Below are positions 46,708 through 57,161 of a stretch of 64,000 bases of DNA, piece by piece; positions within the stretch are counted from its first letter, which is position 1, and the number at the start of each line of letters is the position of its first letter. Source of the stretch: Candidatus Woesearchaeota archaeon (GTDB lineage Archaea > Nanobdellota > Nanobdellia > Woesearchaeales > UBA10216); assembly GCA_016180065.1 (NCBI GenBank), contig JACPBY010000001.1, positions 30,633-94,632 on the forward strand, written 5' to 3'. A model generated the notes under the pieces. It was not told the DNA's origin. It worked only from the letters and a program-made list of their open reading frames with translations, and made no database searches. Position numbers and translations under genes: made by a program.

Positions 46708-46965
46708 TCACATCATTCCTAATTGAGTTGCAACATCTATGGCCGGGTTGTCTTTGCCGAGCTTTACAAAAGCCCTTTTTTTGCCGCCAAATATCAACGT
46801 GTTGACAGCAACGACCTTAACCTTAAACAAGGACTCAACAGCCTTCTTAACATCAGCCTTGCTTGCTTTCTTGTCAACCACAAAGAGCAGCCGGTTCTCC
46901 GCCTCCATAAGCCTCAATGTCTTTTCTGTGCTTACAGGGTACTTGAGCACTGTCTGAGCGTCCAT
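46708..46965 (-). CDS. rpl23: Ribosomal protein uL23.
   Basis: 85-aa uL23 at the conserved position. Confidence 0.9.
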   Translation of the reverse strand: MDAQTVLKYPVSTEKTLRLMEAENRLLFVVDKKASKADVKKAVESLFKVKVVAVNTLIFGGKKRAFVKLGKDNPAIDVATQLGMM

Positions 46966-46974
46966 TTTCAGCCT

Positions 46975-47790
46975 CTAGGTAAACAGCTTTTCCTTGCCCA
47001 GCCTTTCGATGGCTGCGGCAGTGAAGAGTGTCAGCCTTCCCGGAGAAGTTCCCGGAGCCAACAGATTCGCATTAAGCCTGTTAACAACAGCAATATCAAC
47101 TCCCATGATGTTCCTTGCAGACCTGAGAAGGCTGCAGTTTTCCTTTGAAACAACAATCAACGGCCCTTTCTTCATCCGGTATTTCCTGCCTCTGGACTTT
47201 CCCTTCCCGGCGCGGACAGAGCGCCTTGCAACCCTGGCCAGATCATTCCCAAAGCCAAGCTTTTCAAGAGCATTAACTGCCTCTTTGGTTTTTGCAAGAT
47301 CTTCCAGACCTGAAGCAGCAACAAACGGATAATCCTTTGGCATGATGTGGCCCCGCTGCCGCACAACCTCAACAGCCATGGTAGCAGCCAAAGCAGACCT
47401 TATGGCTTTCCTGTTCTCTTTCTTATTGACTTTTTTAGCCCACACTTTCACAGCCTTTGGAGGATGAGCCTGCCTGCCACCAACGGTATTTGGTGACAAG
47501 GCGCCAACCCATGTAAACTGGGTGCCCCGCCTTCGCATAGTCTTCCTGGGCACTCTCGAGATTCCCTTTCCGTAAGCACCCTTGAAATTACGCCTCCTCC
47601 TGGATAGCTTGGCAGAATATCCCTTGCCAGCTTCAGGGTCGGTGCCGTATGGCTGCCTGCTGTTGCTCTGCACAGCCAAAACCGCCCTTGCTATGAGGTC
47701 TGGATGGAACGCCTCTGAAAACTGAACAGGCAATTCAACGTGGCCAACCACGCCTTTTCCCACATCAATGACCGCAACCTTGCCTTGCAT
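46975..47790 (-). CDS. rpl4: Ribosomal protein uL4.
   Basis: uL4 fold at the conserved position. Confidence 0.9.
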   Translation of the reverse strand: MQGKVAVIDVGKGVVGHVELPVQFSEAFHPDLIARAVLAVQSNSRQPYGTDPEAGKGYSAKLSRRRRNFKGAYGKGISRVPRKTMRRRGTQFTWVGALSPNTVGGRQAHPPKAVKVWAKKVNKKENRKAIRSALAATMAVEVVRQRGHIMPKDYPFVAASGLEDLAKTKEAVNALEKLGFGNDLARVARRSVRAGKGKSRGRKYRMKKGPLIVVSKENCSLLRSARNIMGVDIAVVNRLNANLLAPGTSPGRLTLFTAAAIERLGKEKLFT

Positions 47791-47805
47791 CTTGCACCAC
47801 CCAAA

Positions 47806-48789
47806 TCAAACTGCCCTGTAAATCTGTTCTATTATGGGAGCCTGAAGCGGCAGCCCGGTAATCGGCTTTCTTGCAGGCATCAGCCTGAGCAGCCTTTTTG
47901 GAGGACCCTGAACAGAGCCCTTGACAATGATGAAATGCGACTTAAGCTTTCCATAATGCGCAATCCCGCCAGCCAGCCTGAGCTCGTCCGGCTTGTCAGA
48001 AACCTTGAGAACCCACTTATTGCGCTCATGCCTCGTGTGAAACCCCATCTGGCCTGCATGGGCTACAGTCCACATCCTCGGGCTGCTCCACCCACCCAAA
48101 GAGCCAGGACCTCTCTTGGTTTTCTCAGACTTGTGCTGCCTCAGGCTCAGGCCAAACCTCTTAACAGGACCCTGATAACCCTTGCCGACAGTAACCCCAA
48201 AAACATCAACCTGCTGCCCATCCTTCAAAATATCCTTGACATTCACATCTTTCCCAAGCAACTGCCGGGCAAAAGCAAACCGGTCAGCAATATTCCTGCC
48301 GCCAACAAAAAGCTCAAACATCTCAGGCTTCTTCTTGCCAACGCCGGAAAGCCACGGCTGGGTGTAAACATTCACCCTGACATCCACAACATTGCTCAGG
48401 TCAGGATTGGCGGATTCAGCAGGCGCAGCCTTTTCTTTTTTCTTTGGCAGGACAATCTTCCTGCCGAGGTTCTTGTCAACATCGCCAGAAATCTCATTCA
48501 AAAGCCTTAAGCCATTGGCAGAAGCAGAATAAAGACGGACAGAAGCGACCTTAACAGGCGGGCACTCAATGATTGTTGCCGGAACAGCTATGACCTCTCC
48601 CTTGGTCATTGAGTTTGGCCTGTTGTCAACAGACATCAGATGCGTCATGCCTGCCTTATACCCTGAAAAGCCCACAAGCACAGCATCCAGAGGCACAGCG
48701 CCAAGCCTAACCCGGGGGTAAATTCTTGCAGCCCTCTTCCTGGGCCAGTACTGCATGCTTCCATGCCTTGGGCGTCTTGTCTTTGGCAT
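47806..48789 (-). CDS. rpl3: Ribosomal protein uL3.
   Basis: GYKAGMTH and FxxGxxVDVxGxTKGKG blocks. Confidence 0.9.
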   Translation of the reverse strand: MPKTRRPRHGSMQYWPRKRAARIYPRVRLGAVPLDAVLVGFSGYKAGMTHLMSVDNRPNSMTKGEVIAVPATIIECPPVKVASVRLYSASANGLRLLNEISGDVDKNLGRKIVLPKKKEKAAPAESANPDLSNVVDVRVNVYTQPWLSGVGKKKPEMFELFVGGRNIADRFAFARQLLGKDVNVKDILKDGQQVDVFGVTVGKGYQGPVKRFGLSLRQHKSEKTKRGPGSLGGWSSPRMWTVAHAGQMGFHTRHERNKWVLKVSDKPDELRLAGGIAHYGKLKSHFIIVKGSVQGPPKRLLRLMPARKPITGLPLQAPIIEQIYRAV

Positions 48790-48938
48790 TTTTGTAAGCC
48801 TCTTAGTGCGCCAGAAAAAGAACCCTAACCAGATCTGAGCCAGATTTCACAGTCCGCAACCCGCAACTACCGAACCAGCGCCCAGATTGCTGTGCTGAAA
48901 AAGTTCTTTTCCAGGCAAGGGCGAGAATCAGCAGGTTG

Positions 48939-48946
48939 TTTATAAA
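48939..48946 (-). promoter_or_regulatory. TATA box within GTTTATAAAC, about 150 bp upstream of rpl3. Candidate promoter of the r-protein operon with a long leader.
   Basis: Exact copy of the GTTTATAAACATT motif also found at 59643-59655. Confidence 0.4.
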
Positions 48947-48960
48947 CATTACTGTTTTGG

Positions 48961-49551
48961 CTACGAAAACTCAAGCGGCGTTGGCTTCTTAGCATTATCT
49001 TCTTCCCCGCCTTGGCTTGTCGGGCGCATGAACCTGAGAGTTGCAGCAACCGAAGCAATTACGAAAGATGCAGTGTAGCCGATGCTGACCAGCCAGGGAT
49101 TATGCTGGCTGCCAAGCCCCACGAAAGAAGACAGCCTGTTGGTCGCCATGCTGATAACGAGAAGGTTAAGCATTGCTGCGGCAGGCACAAGCACATGTGC
49201 AAAAAAATGATGCCTTGCCTCAAGGTTTTCAACAAGCGTTACAAGCCTGCTGGTAATGTAGCCAAAGAAAAGCCCCAGGATGGCAACGATAATGAGCAGC
49301 TGCTCGCTGCCAATGGCAAGCTGCAGAACCGCAACCACGCCTGCAACAAGCATGTTCATGACAACCAGCACCAGCAGAGAAATCCAGTAGATGAGAATAG
49401 AAGAACTCGGCCGCATGGCATGCTCTTCAGGCACAGAAGCAGCGAGCACAAGGCTCTTCTTTATTACCATTCTCTGCTTCGAAGCACGGCTTTGTCCAAG
49501 GTTGTAATTGCCCTTTCTTTTGCCAGCTTTACCCTGCCTCTTTTTTGCCAC
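48961..49551 (-). CDS. Hypothetical membrane protein (basic N-terminus, about 4 TM helices).
   Basis: Hydrophobicity pattern. Third gene of a minus-strand trio with the two paralogous ORFs upstream. Confidence 0.55.
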   Translation of the reverse strand: MAKKRQGKAGKRKGNYNLGQSRASKQRMVIKKSLVLAASVPEEHAMRPSSSILIYWISLLVLVVMNMLVAGVVAVLQLAIGSEQLLIIVAILGLFFGYITSRLVTLVENLEARHHFFAHVLVPAAAMLNLLVISMATNRLSSFVGLGSQHNPWLVSIGYTASFVIASVAATLRFMRPTSQGGEEDNAKKPTPLEFS

Positions 49552-49581
49552 CGGTTTTCTGCCTCCTTAAGATAGTTATTC

Positions 49582-50067
49582 CTAGCTTTCTTCCTCTTCC
49601 TCCCCGCCCATGAACTTTTCAGCATCTTCAATAAACTGCCTGACCTTGAAATAGTGTTCCTTGACCCGGTCTATATCGACTGCAAAAATCCCCTCATCTG
49701 TTGTGGCGGTCATGGTAACATGCCTCCTGTACTCGCTGCTTCTCTTGTACTCCGCCCTGCTTATTTTCCTCAGGAGAGTGTAGAAAGACACCATCTCAGC
49801 AAATGCATCACCGTAAGCTTTTTTGATGGCATTGCTCTTAAGACCGATGTTGCCGGGCTTCTCAGGGATGATTCTTTTTTCCACAGCATGGTCAAGCAGC
49901 CTGTCCACCACAAAATCAAGGCAGCTTATCAGCCGTTCAACTACGCTCTTTATGACATCCACAGTCCGGGTGTACTTCAGGCTGACGTAAATCAGATGGT
50001 CAGCGCGCTTTAGCTCCTCTCGAGCTTCTTCCAAAAACACCTTCATAGCTGGCAACAACTCCCTCAA
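49582..50067 (-). CDS. Hypothetical alpha-helical protein, paralog of the adjacent upstream ORF. Contains an Rx6H motif (RSSEYRRH).
   Basis: Aligns block-wise with the 50000..50512 product (EEAREELKRADHLIYVSL vs EELSEAGRCLRTADHVVSIT). Confidence 0.5.
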   Translation of the reverse strand: MRELLPAMKVFLEEAREELKRADHLIYVSLKYTRTVDVIKSVVERLISCLDFVVDRLLDHAVEKRIIPEKPGNIGLKSNAIKKAYGDAFAEMVSFYTLLRKISRAEYKRSSEYRRHVTMTATTDEGIFAVDIDRVKEHYFKVRQFIEDAEKFMGGEEEEES

Positions 50068-50512
50068 CTTCAGACAGCATCAGCTTCACAACACTGATGT
50101 AAGACTTAAGCATGGCGGCAGTCACCCTTCTGAAGCTGTAACGGTCTGAACAAACCACGATGCAGTCCTTCCTCGAAAACTCCACGGCGCTTGCCTCGTG
50201 GTCGTCATGCAGCGATTTCAGCTCGTCCATTACAGCACAGCAGCCACTGCCCAGGCTGTACCTTGGCACGCACTCCATCCTGAACAAACGAATCCTTGAG
50301 CTGTAATCTTCCCCAATCTTCGGAAGCCTCTTAAACATTTCCTCATAGTGAAGCAGCGAAGCCATCGCACAACTCCCAGCCCGGAAAAGGTTTTCCAAGA
50401 CACTGAGCAAAAGCCGGTTATCCTTCACAAGGGGATAAGTGATTGAAACCACGTGGTCCGCTGTCCTCAAGCACCGCCCTGCCTCCGAAAGTTCCTCCTG
50501 GAACCTCTCCAT
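50000..50512 (-). CDS. Hypothetical alpha-helical protein, paralog of the 49582..50067 product. Its 3' end overlaps the downstream paralog by 68 nt.
   Basis: Same helical block pattern. Overlapping reading frames. Confidence 0.5.
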   Translation of the reverse strand: MERFQEELSEAGRCLRTADHVVSITYPLVKDNRLLLSVLENLFRAGSCAMASLLHYEEMFKRLPKIGEDYSSRIRLFRMECVPRYSLGSGCCAVMDELKSLHDDHEASAVEFSRKDCIVVCSDRYSFRRVTAAMLKSYISVVKLMLSEVEGVVASYEGVFGRSSRGAKAR

Positions 50513-50581
50513 AAGGCTGGTATGGGGAGTTAATTATATAAACCTTATCCAAATGTGGCAACAGCCGCACTGCCTCTTTTT

Positions 50582-50938
50582 TTACCTTTTCTCATTAAGG
50601 AACAATATTGCCGCGGCCAGGTCACCGTCAACCCTGGCAAGGGCGGCCTTTGCCTCTGCCTCTGAAACCCCGGCCTGTCCGGAAACCGTCTTCACGTCTT
50701 CCTCACTAAACAACTGCTGCTGTTTCTGCCGGGCTGCTCGTTCACTGTAATCGCCCGTTACTTGGAATGACTCCTGCCCCATCATTGAAACCTTCGCAAT
50801 GGAAGGATTGGCTATGACAATTTCCTTATCGCCGCCCTTCAGCTTAATGACAACTTCCTCAGCATCTATCTGCTGCTGCTGCACGCCAAGCTTGCGCATA
50901 GCAGCTTCCATAGCCCTCTTGTCCATTCCCGGAAACAT
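50582..50938 (-). CDS. nac: Nascent polypeptide-associated complex protein (archaeal NAC alpha).
   Basis: MFPGMDKRAMEAAMRKLGVQ N-terminus, a NAC domain, and a C-terminal UBA (VSEAEAKAALARVDGDLAAAILFL). The start is chosen at MFPGM. Confidence 0.8.
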   Translation of the reverse strand: MFPGMDKRAMEAAMRKLGVQQQQIDAEEVVIKLKGGDKEIVIANPSIAKVSMMGQESFQVTGDYSERAARQKQQQLFSEEDVKTVSGQAGVSEAEAKAALARVDGDLAAAILFLNEKR

Positions 50939-51061
50939 AAGATGCAGATGATAGAACAAGATATTCTTAAATGTTATGAACGCCGACTTTGTTGGAGAGT
51001 TGCCTGAATTCAGCCGGTTCAGCAAAACAAACTTTTCAGCGCCACCGAACCGTTAGAAGCC

Positions 51062-51214
51062 TTACAAAATCCTGAGCATAAGCTCGAAAACCACGATACC
51101 AATTGCCAAAGCCACAACATGGATTGGCTTTATCTGGATCTTGCTCTTGTACTCGCTGTAATACCTTACAAGCCCGCCCTGTGAGGACGGCATGCTGATT
51201 TTCTCGTCTGCCAT
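51062..51214 (-). CDS. secG: Preprotein translocase subunit Sec61beta (SecG, archaeal).
   Basis: MADEKISMPSSQGGLVRYYSE...IKPIHVVALAIGIVVFELMLRIL, with a single C-terminal TM. TATA TTTATAAA at 51267-51274. Confidence 0.75.
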   Translation of the reverse strand: MADEKISMPSSQGGLVRYYSEYKSKIQIKPIHVVALAIGIVVFELMLRIL

Positions 51215-51450
51215 GCAAGCAGTAAAGGTAAGCAGATATAAAAAGTTAATTGCTTTCCGGTGCAAAATTTATAAATGAACCATGGTTACATATATTGATA
51301 ACTTTGGTTGATTTACATGATTCCGTTAATGCTGAGGCTCGGCAAAGATGTTATCGCCGCCTTTAAAGAAAGGATTGATGTGAAAAAGCTCAGGCAGTAC
51401 CTTGAAAAGCATTCGGCAACTGTAAGAAAACGGGCAATTTCACACCTTGC

Positions 51451-52077
51451 CTAAGCCTTAACAGCCTTTATCCTCTTAAGCCTTGAGAAGTTCTCCCTTT
51501 CCATCTCCTCAAGCCTAAGCCGGATGTACTTTGCTGTGCTCTCAAGCCTCGGGATTGTTATGAGCTCAAGGGCATTAACCTTTCTTTTGGTCCGCTCAAT
51601 CTCCCTGAGGAGCTTTTTCAGCGTAAGCTCTATCTCTGCAGCGGCAACAAGCTTTTCAACCAAAGCCTCGTAAGCCATGGCAGCCTCATCTATCTTTGAA
51701 GTTGAGGATGTTATGCCATATCCCCTCTCAAAAATGCTCTTCCTGAACTCAGGGAAGCTTATCTTCGGCACCTTGACGCCCATGATGTTTTTTGCCGCGA
51801 CTTCGACAATAGGCAGGCTTTTGAGGGCCATGGAAATGGACCGTATTGCCAGGTCACCATCAATCGCCCTTGCAAAATTTACTTTGCCAAGCGCAACAGA
51901 GTAATGAGAAACAACATCCTTTCTGATGTTCTTCGCCTGCTTGAAGACGTTAAAGAACTCAAGAATAAGCCCATCCCTCTTTTTCTTCAGGAGGTTGTGC
52001 CCTGTCCTGGCAAACCTCACCTTTTTCTTCAGCTGCAGAAGCTCAGACCTTGTGGCCTTGACGCTAGCGCTTGCCAT
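51451..52077 (-). CDS. atpD: A-type ATP synthase subunit D.
   Basis: N-terminus [36 protein letters not shown], conserved in V/A-ATPase subunit D. Confidence 0.9.
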   Translation of the reverse strand: MASASVKATRSELLQLKKKVRFARTGHNLLKKKRDGLILEFFNVFKQAKNIRKDVVSHYSVALGKVNFARAIDGDLAIRSISMALKSLPIVEVAAKNIMGVKVPKISFPEFRKSIFERGYGITSSTSKIDEAAMAYEALVEKLVAAAEIELTLKKLLREIERTKRKVNALELITIPRLESTAKYIRLRLEEMERENFSRLKRIKAVKA

Positions 52078-53431
52078 AGTACTTCTTCCTCATCTCAGGG
52101 CTCACCCTCGTCAGCTCTGATTCAGGAATTTCAGAAAGAAGGCTCCAGCCTATATCAAGCGTTTTTTCTATCTCCCTGTCCTCTCCCTTGCCCTGCTTAA
52201 CAAACTTAGCTTCAAAGTCAGCTGCGAACTTCAAAATGCGCCGTTCCCTTTCGGACAGGCTTTCTTCTCCAACGATTGCAACAAGGCCCCTTAAGTCCTT
52301 TCCCTCAGCATAAAATGCGTAGAGCTGGTCCGAAGCCTGCTTATGGTCATCCCTTGTTTTGCGAGGCCCGATGCCCAGGTTCATCAGCCTGCTGAGAGAA
52401 GGCAAAACATCAATTGGAGGGTAGATATTGCGGCTGTGCAGCTCCTTGCTAAGCACTATCTGGCCTTCAGTAATGTAGCCTGTGAGGTCGGGAATCGGGT
52501 GGGTTATGTCGTCTGCAGGCATGGTAAGGATTGGCAGCTGGGTTATGCTGCCTTTCTTGCCCTTTATCATGCCAGCCCTTTCATAAATCATGGCCAGGTC
52601 AGTGTACATGTAACCGGGATAGCCCCTCCTGCCAGGAATCTCAGACCTTGCCGCGCCAATCTCACGAAGGCTCTCACAATAATTGGTAAGGTCTGTGAGG
52701 ATGACAAGGACATGCATGCCTTTCTCAAAAGCGAAATACTCCGCAGCAGTCAAAGCCATTCTGGGAGTTATCAAGCGCTCAACAGCAGGGTCGTCAGCAA
52801 GATTTAGGAAGACCACAGTCCTTTTCAACGCCCCGGTTTCCTCAAACTCAGAAATAAACTTTTGCGCTTCCTCGCTTGTTATGCCCATTGCGGCAAAGAC
52901 GATTGCAAAGCCCTCTTCACTTCCCCTAACCTTTGCCTGCCTTGCAATCTGCATGGCAATCTCATTGTGAGGCAGGCCAGAGCCAGAAAATATCGGAAGT
53001 TTTTGCCCGCGGACAAGCGTATTCATGCCATCAATTGTGGAAATGCCCGTCTGGATAAAGTCTGACGGGCTGGACCGGGCGTATGGGTTGATGGCCGCTC
53101 CTGTGATGTCCATCAGCTTTTCAGGCACGACTTCAGGGCCGTCATCAATTGGCTTGCCTGAGCCGCTAAGAATCCTTCCAAGCAGCTCATCGGAAACAGG
53201 AAGCTTTATTGTTTCGCCCAGAAACTTCACCCTTGCACCGAGGCCCATGCCTGACGTGCCCTCAAAAACCTGGGCGACCACAATATCGCTGCTGGTGTCC
53301 AGAACCTGGCCGCTTTTTACCTCGCCGGAAGGCAGAGCAATGTTGACGAGCTCACTGTAGCCAACCGGCTCTGTCTTCTCAACAAAGATAAGCGGGCCAG
53401 CAATTCTCGTTATTGTTTTGTATTCCTTCAT
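52064..53431 (-). CDS. atpB: A-type ATP synthase subunit B.
   Basis: Non-catalytic B subunit blocks. 455 aa. Confidence 0.9.
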   Translation of the reverse strand: MKEYKTITRIAGPLIFVEKTEPVGYSELVNIALPSGEVKSGQVLDTSSDIVVAQVFEGTSGMGLGARVKFLGETIKLPVSDELLGRILSGSGKPIDDGPEVVPEKLMDITGAAINPYARSSPSDFIQTGISTIDGMNTLVRGQKLPIFSGSGLPHNEIAMQIARQAKVRGSEEGFAIVFAAMGITSEEAQKFISEFEETGALKRTVVFLNLADDPAVERLITPRMALTAAEYFAFEKGMHVLVILTDLTNYCESLREIGAARSEIPGRRGYPGYMYTDLAMIYERAGMIKGKKGSITQLPILTMPADDITHPIPDLTGYITEGQIVLSKELHSRNIYPPIDVLPSLSRLMNLGIGPRKTRDDHKQASDQLYAFYAEGKDLRGLVAIVGEESLSERERRILKFAADFEAKFVKQGKGEDREIEKTLDIGWSLLSEIPESELTRVSPEMRKKYYGKR

Positions 53432-53446
53432 TTTAAACCACCATTG

Positions 53447-55174
53447 TCATTTCAATGCTGCAAATTCCTTCTCTATATCACTGTTAACGCCAGCCAGGAA
53501 AGCTTCGTAGTCCTTTTCAAACTTCACGTCCGCAACCCTGTCTTTCGACTTGACCTGTGTAATGCGCTGAGCCCTTACGCCAGAGTCCAGCGCAGCTTTC
53601 GCAAGGTCTGCAAAGCGGAGAATGGTTTTCATTATCCTGTATGTTTTCTTCAGCTCGCTGTACGTATCAACCGGGTGAAAGGCATTCTGCTGCAGAAGGA
53701 ACTCCCTGAACATCCTTGCAACCTGCAATGTAACCTGCTCCCTCTCAGGCAGGGCATCCGAGCCAACCAGCTGCACGATTTCCATCAGCTTCTCTTCCTC
53801 CTGCAGGACAGCCATGGCTCTTTTTATGCATTCCATCCAGTCAGGAGCCACATTTTCCTCATACCATTGCGAAAGCGAGTCAAGGTAAAGCGAGTAAGAC
53901 ATGAGCCAGTTTATTGCAGGGAAATGCTTTCGCTGGGCGAGCTTTGCGTCCAAAGCCCAGAACGTCTTGATGACCCTCAGCGTGCCCTGCGTCACAGGCT
54001 CTGAGAAATCTCCTCCTGGAGGTGAAACAGCGCCTATGACGCTTACAGAAGCCTCATTGCCTGCAAGGGTGGTGACCCTTCCAGAACGCTCATAAAACTC
54101 AGAAAGCTTTGTGGAAAGGTAAGCAGGGTAGCCCTCCTCTCCAGGCATCTCTTCAAGCCTTGATGAGATTTCCCTCATTGCCTCCGCCCACCTTGAGGTC
54201 GAGTCTGCCATCAGGGCAACGCTGTAGCCCATGTCGCGGTAGTATTCTGCCAAAGTCACACCAGTATAAACAGAAGCCTCTCTTGCCGCGACAGGCATGT
54301 TTGAGGTGTTGGCGATTAAAATAGTTCTCTGCATCAATGGTTTGCCAGTCCTGGGGTCTGTGATTTCAGGAAACTCAGTAAGGACCTCAGTCATCTCATT
54401 CCCGCGTTCGCCACACCCAACATAAACAACAATATCCGCGTCGCTCCACTTCGCGAGGGCCTGCTGGGTCACAGTCTTTCCGCTCCCAAACGGCCCGGGT
54501 ATCGCAGCCACGCCACCTTTTGCCAGTGGGAAGAGCGAGTCAAATATCCTCTGGCCCGTTATTAAAGGAATTTTTGGCAGCAGCTTTTCCTTCACAGGCC
54601 TGGGCTTCCTGACAGGCCAATTGTGCATGAGCTTAAGCTCTGTCCCGCTGTCAAGCCTTGCTACAGTGTCTGTTACAGTGAAGCTGCCGTCTGAAATGCT
54701 GGCAATCCTGCCACTTACCAATGGGGGGACAAGAATCTTGTGCAGTATAGTTTCGCTTTCCCTGACAGAGCCAATGGCATCACCACCTTTCACAACTACC
54801 CCAGCCTTTACAGAAGCTTTGAAATCCCATCTCCTTTTGCGGTCAAGGGCAGGAGCAGAAGCCCCCCTTTTTACAAAGTCGCCTGTAAGGTCCCTAAGCG
54901 CGCTAAGCGGCCTCTGTATGCCATCGTAGATTGATGACAAAAGGCCGGGCCCAAGCTCAACAACCAGCGGCTGCCCAGTATTTTCAACATCCTCTCCCGG
55001 CTTTATGCCTGTCGTGTCCTCATAGACCTGTATGATGCAGCGGCTGCCGTTAATCTGGATTACCTCACCAAGGAGCCTTTCATCCCCCACCCTGCATACG
55101 TCATACATGTCAGCTTCAAGCTCAGCGACAACAACAGGGCCTGCTATCCGGTAAATCGTGCCAGTCTTAGCCAT
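53447..55174 (-). CDS. atpA: A-type ATP synthase catalytic subunit A.
   Basis: Walker [10 protein letters not shown]. 575 aa. Confidence 0.9.
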   Translation of the reverse strand: MAKTGTIYRIAGPVVVAELEADMYDVCRVGDERLLGEVIQINGSRCIIQVYEDTTGIKPGEDVENTGQPLVVELGPGLLSSIYDGIQRPLSALRDLTGDFVKRGASAPALDRKRRWDFKASVKAGVVVKGGDAIGSVRESETILHKILVPPLVSGRIASISDGSFTVTDTVARLDSGTELKLMHNWPVRKPRPVKEKLLPKIPLITGQRIFDSLFPLAKGGVAAIPGPFGSGKTVTQQALAKWSDADIVVYVGCGERGNEMTEVLTEFPEITDPRTGKPLMQRTILIANTSNMPVAAREASVYTGVTLAEYYRDMGYSVALMADSTSRWAEAMREISSRLEEMPGEEGYPAYLSTKLSEFYERSGRVTTLAGNEASVSVIGAVSPPGGDFSEPVTQGTLRVIKTFWALDAKLAQRKHFPAINWLMSYSLYLDSLSQWYEENVAPDWMECIKRAMAVLQEEEKLMEIVQLVGSDALPEREQVTLQVARMFREFLLQQNAFHPVDTYSELKKTYRIMKTILRFADLAKAALDSGVRAQRITQVKSKDRVADVKFEKDYEAFLAGVNSDIEKEFAALK

Positions 55175-55201
55175 TCTTAATCACCTTGCCATAATTTAAC
55201 C

Positions 55202-55492
55202 CTACCACAACTCAACGCCTATTGACTTCTTGATCATTTTCCTTAAGGCATCGCTCTCCTCATTCAGCGAGAGCATCACAAAGACGGGCCTGACGCTGTT
55301 CTCAATTTTAGCCCGCTCAAGCTCATCCAGCTTGCCAAGCAAAGACTCGTCAAATACAACAACGCCTGTTTCAGGACTGTCAAAAACCCTCTTAACAGCG
55401 TCAGCGGGGCTGTCTGTTTCAAACACATTCTTTACCCCGGCCAGGCTGAAGCCCAGGCAAAAGTCCTCTTTTCCTATCACTGCAAGTTCCAT
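55202..55492 (-). CDS. atpF: A-type ATP synthase subunit F.
   Basis: MELAVIGKEDFCLGFSLAGV signature. Confidence 0.8.
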   Translation of the reverse strand: MELAVIGKEDFCLGFSLAGVKNVFETDSPADAVKRVFDSPETGVVVFDESLLGKLDELERAKIENSVRPVFVMLSLNEESDALRKMIKKSIGVELW

Positions 55493-55498
55493 CCAGCA

Positions 55499-56605
55499 TC
55501 ACATCGTTATTATCTGCTGCTCAATGAAGCCCTCGCCCAGTCCAAGCTGTTTCGCCTTGAGCAGCAGCTTCAGGTTTCGCACTTCAATCTCCTTTGCAAA
55601 CATGTAGCCAAGTATAACATCCACAGTCAGCGGGTGCTGATGCATAAGCAAAATCAGCTTCCTGAGCAGCTGCCTTGAAAGGTCTGTTTCAAGCCTTATC
55701 AAGCTGCCGTTTTCGTGGAACTCCCTCAAGCCGCCCTCAACAGAAGCTTTAAAGCGGCCCTGCTCGAGCAGCCGCGCAGCATCCCCTGCGGTTTGCGCAG
55801 CAATCATCTTTTTTACCAGCGCACTGCTTGATTCAGGCGCAACAACGAGGCGCCCAATGTCCTTTGCAGCCATATTTGCCCTTTTGAGCCTAAGTATATT
55901 GATGATTGTTGTAATCTCAAGCTCTGACTCAAGGAACTCCCTGAAAAGCCTGCCCTCATCAGGAAGCCTTTTTGAAAATTCCCGCATAGCAGAGCAATAA
56001 AACCTGTCCAGGGCGTTTTCAATCTCGGATATAGAGCTTGTTGCCTTAAAGCTTTCAAGAGCATTTGTGAAATACCTGAAATCAACAAAATTTGCTGCAC
56101 TGAGAATGTCCTCCACAGATTCTTTCCTGGCAAGATCCGAGAGATTCTTCTCTGACATGAAGCCTGAGGGAAGGAGCATCGGAGGAAGCTGCTCGGGGCT
56201 GAGCTTCGTGTACTTCGCCCTTACAATTGTTTTCAGGTTCCAGACGTCCACCCTGAGAAGATACATGGCAATCAGAACCCTCAGGCTGGGTGGTGAGATG
56301 CGCTTAAGCTTAAGCCAGGTGTTGGCAAGGTTGCGGTTAAGGGCCAGTTCCATCAGCCTGACACCCTTAAACTGAACAGCAAACTCGTCAATCTCCTTCC
56401 TGTACTGTGAGCTTTCAAGATAGCCTATCATTTCATTAACATCCATCTTCATAAGCTTGTTATAATCATCCTTTCCCAGCAGGAACGAGCGCATAAAGCT
56501 GGTCCTGGCATAAGTGTAGGGATATTTGCCAAGCCTCAGCCTCCTGCCTTTCCCAAGCAGGGCATAGCCTTCCTTACCTGCCGAATAGCGCCCTTGCAAC
56601 ATCAC
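55499..56605 (-). CDS. atpC: A-type ATP synthase subunit C (V0 d-like).
   Basis: 368-aa all-alpha protein at the conserved operon position. Confidence 0.85.
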   Translation of the reverse strand: MMLQGRYSAGKEGYALLGKGRRLRLGKYPYTYARTSFMRSFLLGKDDYNKLMKMDVNEMIGYLESSQYRKEIDEFAVQFKGVRLMELALNRNLANTWLKLKRISPPSLRVLIAMYLLRVDVWNLKTIVRAKYTKLSPEQLPPMLLPSGFMSEKNLSDLARKESVEDILSAANFVDFRYFTNALESFKATSSISEIENALDRFYCSAMREFSKRLPDEGRLFREFLESELEITTIINILRLKRANMAAKDIGRLVVAPESSSALVKKMIAAQTAGDAARLLEQGRFKASVEGGLREFHENGSLIRLETDLSRQLLRKLILLMHQHPLTVDVILGYMFAKEIEVRNLKLLLKAKQLGLGEGFIEQQIITM

Positions 56606-57146
56606 TCAGCACCTTCCTCCTCACCTGTCCTAGAATGGCATCATAGCTATAATCCACCCTGAACCTTCCGTCAGGGCTTTCGGCAACTATGCCACCAGAT
56701 ACGGAATCGTCAGCAATGAGCCTTAATTTTCCAAAGCTGCCCGCATCAGCGCCCAAGAGCTTAACATCCCTGCTGCTGCACCTGATGACCGCAACATCCA
56801 TTTCTTTCATGGCCTCGCCAAAAAGGCGCTTCACATGGGCTTCCCTCTTTTTTTCAGAAAGGGCTTTCAGCTTCCTGCCAGCTTCTGAAAACACAGCCTC
56901 AATAAGCTCCCTTTTCTTAGCCAGCACTTTTTTTTGCATTTCAAGCTCTGCAGAGGCAAGCTCCCTCCGTTTCATGCCTGCAAGAGAGCTTTCCAGGCCT
57001 TCACCCATGATGCGCTCCTGCTCTTGAGCCTGCTTTTCAGCAAGCTTCAGGGCAGACTTGGCCTCAGCCCTGGCATCGCCAATAATCTTTTCAGCGTCCT
57101 GCCTGGCATTTTCAAGTATTTCTTCCTTGACTTTGTCGAGACCCAT
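56574..57146 (-). CDS. atpE: A-type ATP synthase subunit E.
   Basis: N-terminal helical KVKEEILENARQDAEKII block. 190 aa. Confidence 0.8.
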   Translation of the reverse strand: MGLDKVKEEILENARQDAEKIIGDARAEAKSALKLAEKQAQEQERIMGEGLESSLAGMKRRELASAELEMQKKVLAKKRELIEAVFSEAGRKLKALSEKKREAHVKRLFGEAMKEMDVAVIRCSSRDVKLLGADAGSFGKLRLIADDSVSGGIVAESPDGRFRVDYSYDAILGQVRRKVLSDVARALFGR

Positions 57147-57161
57147 TTCGCTTCGCTGTTT

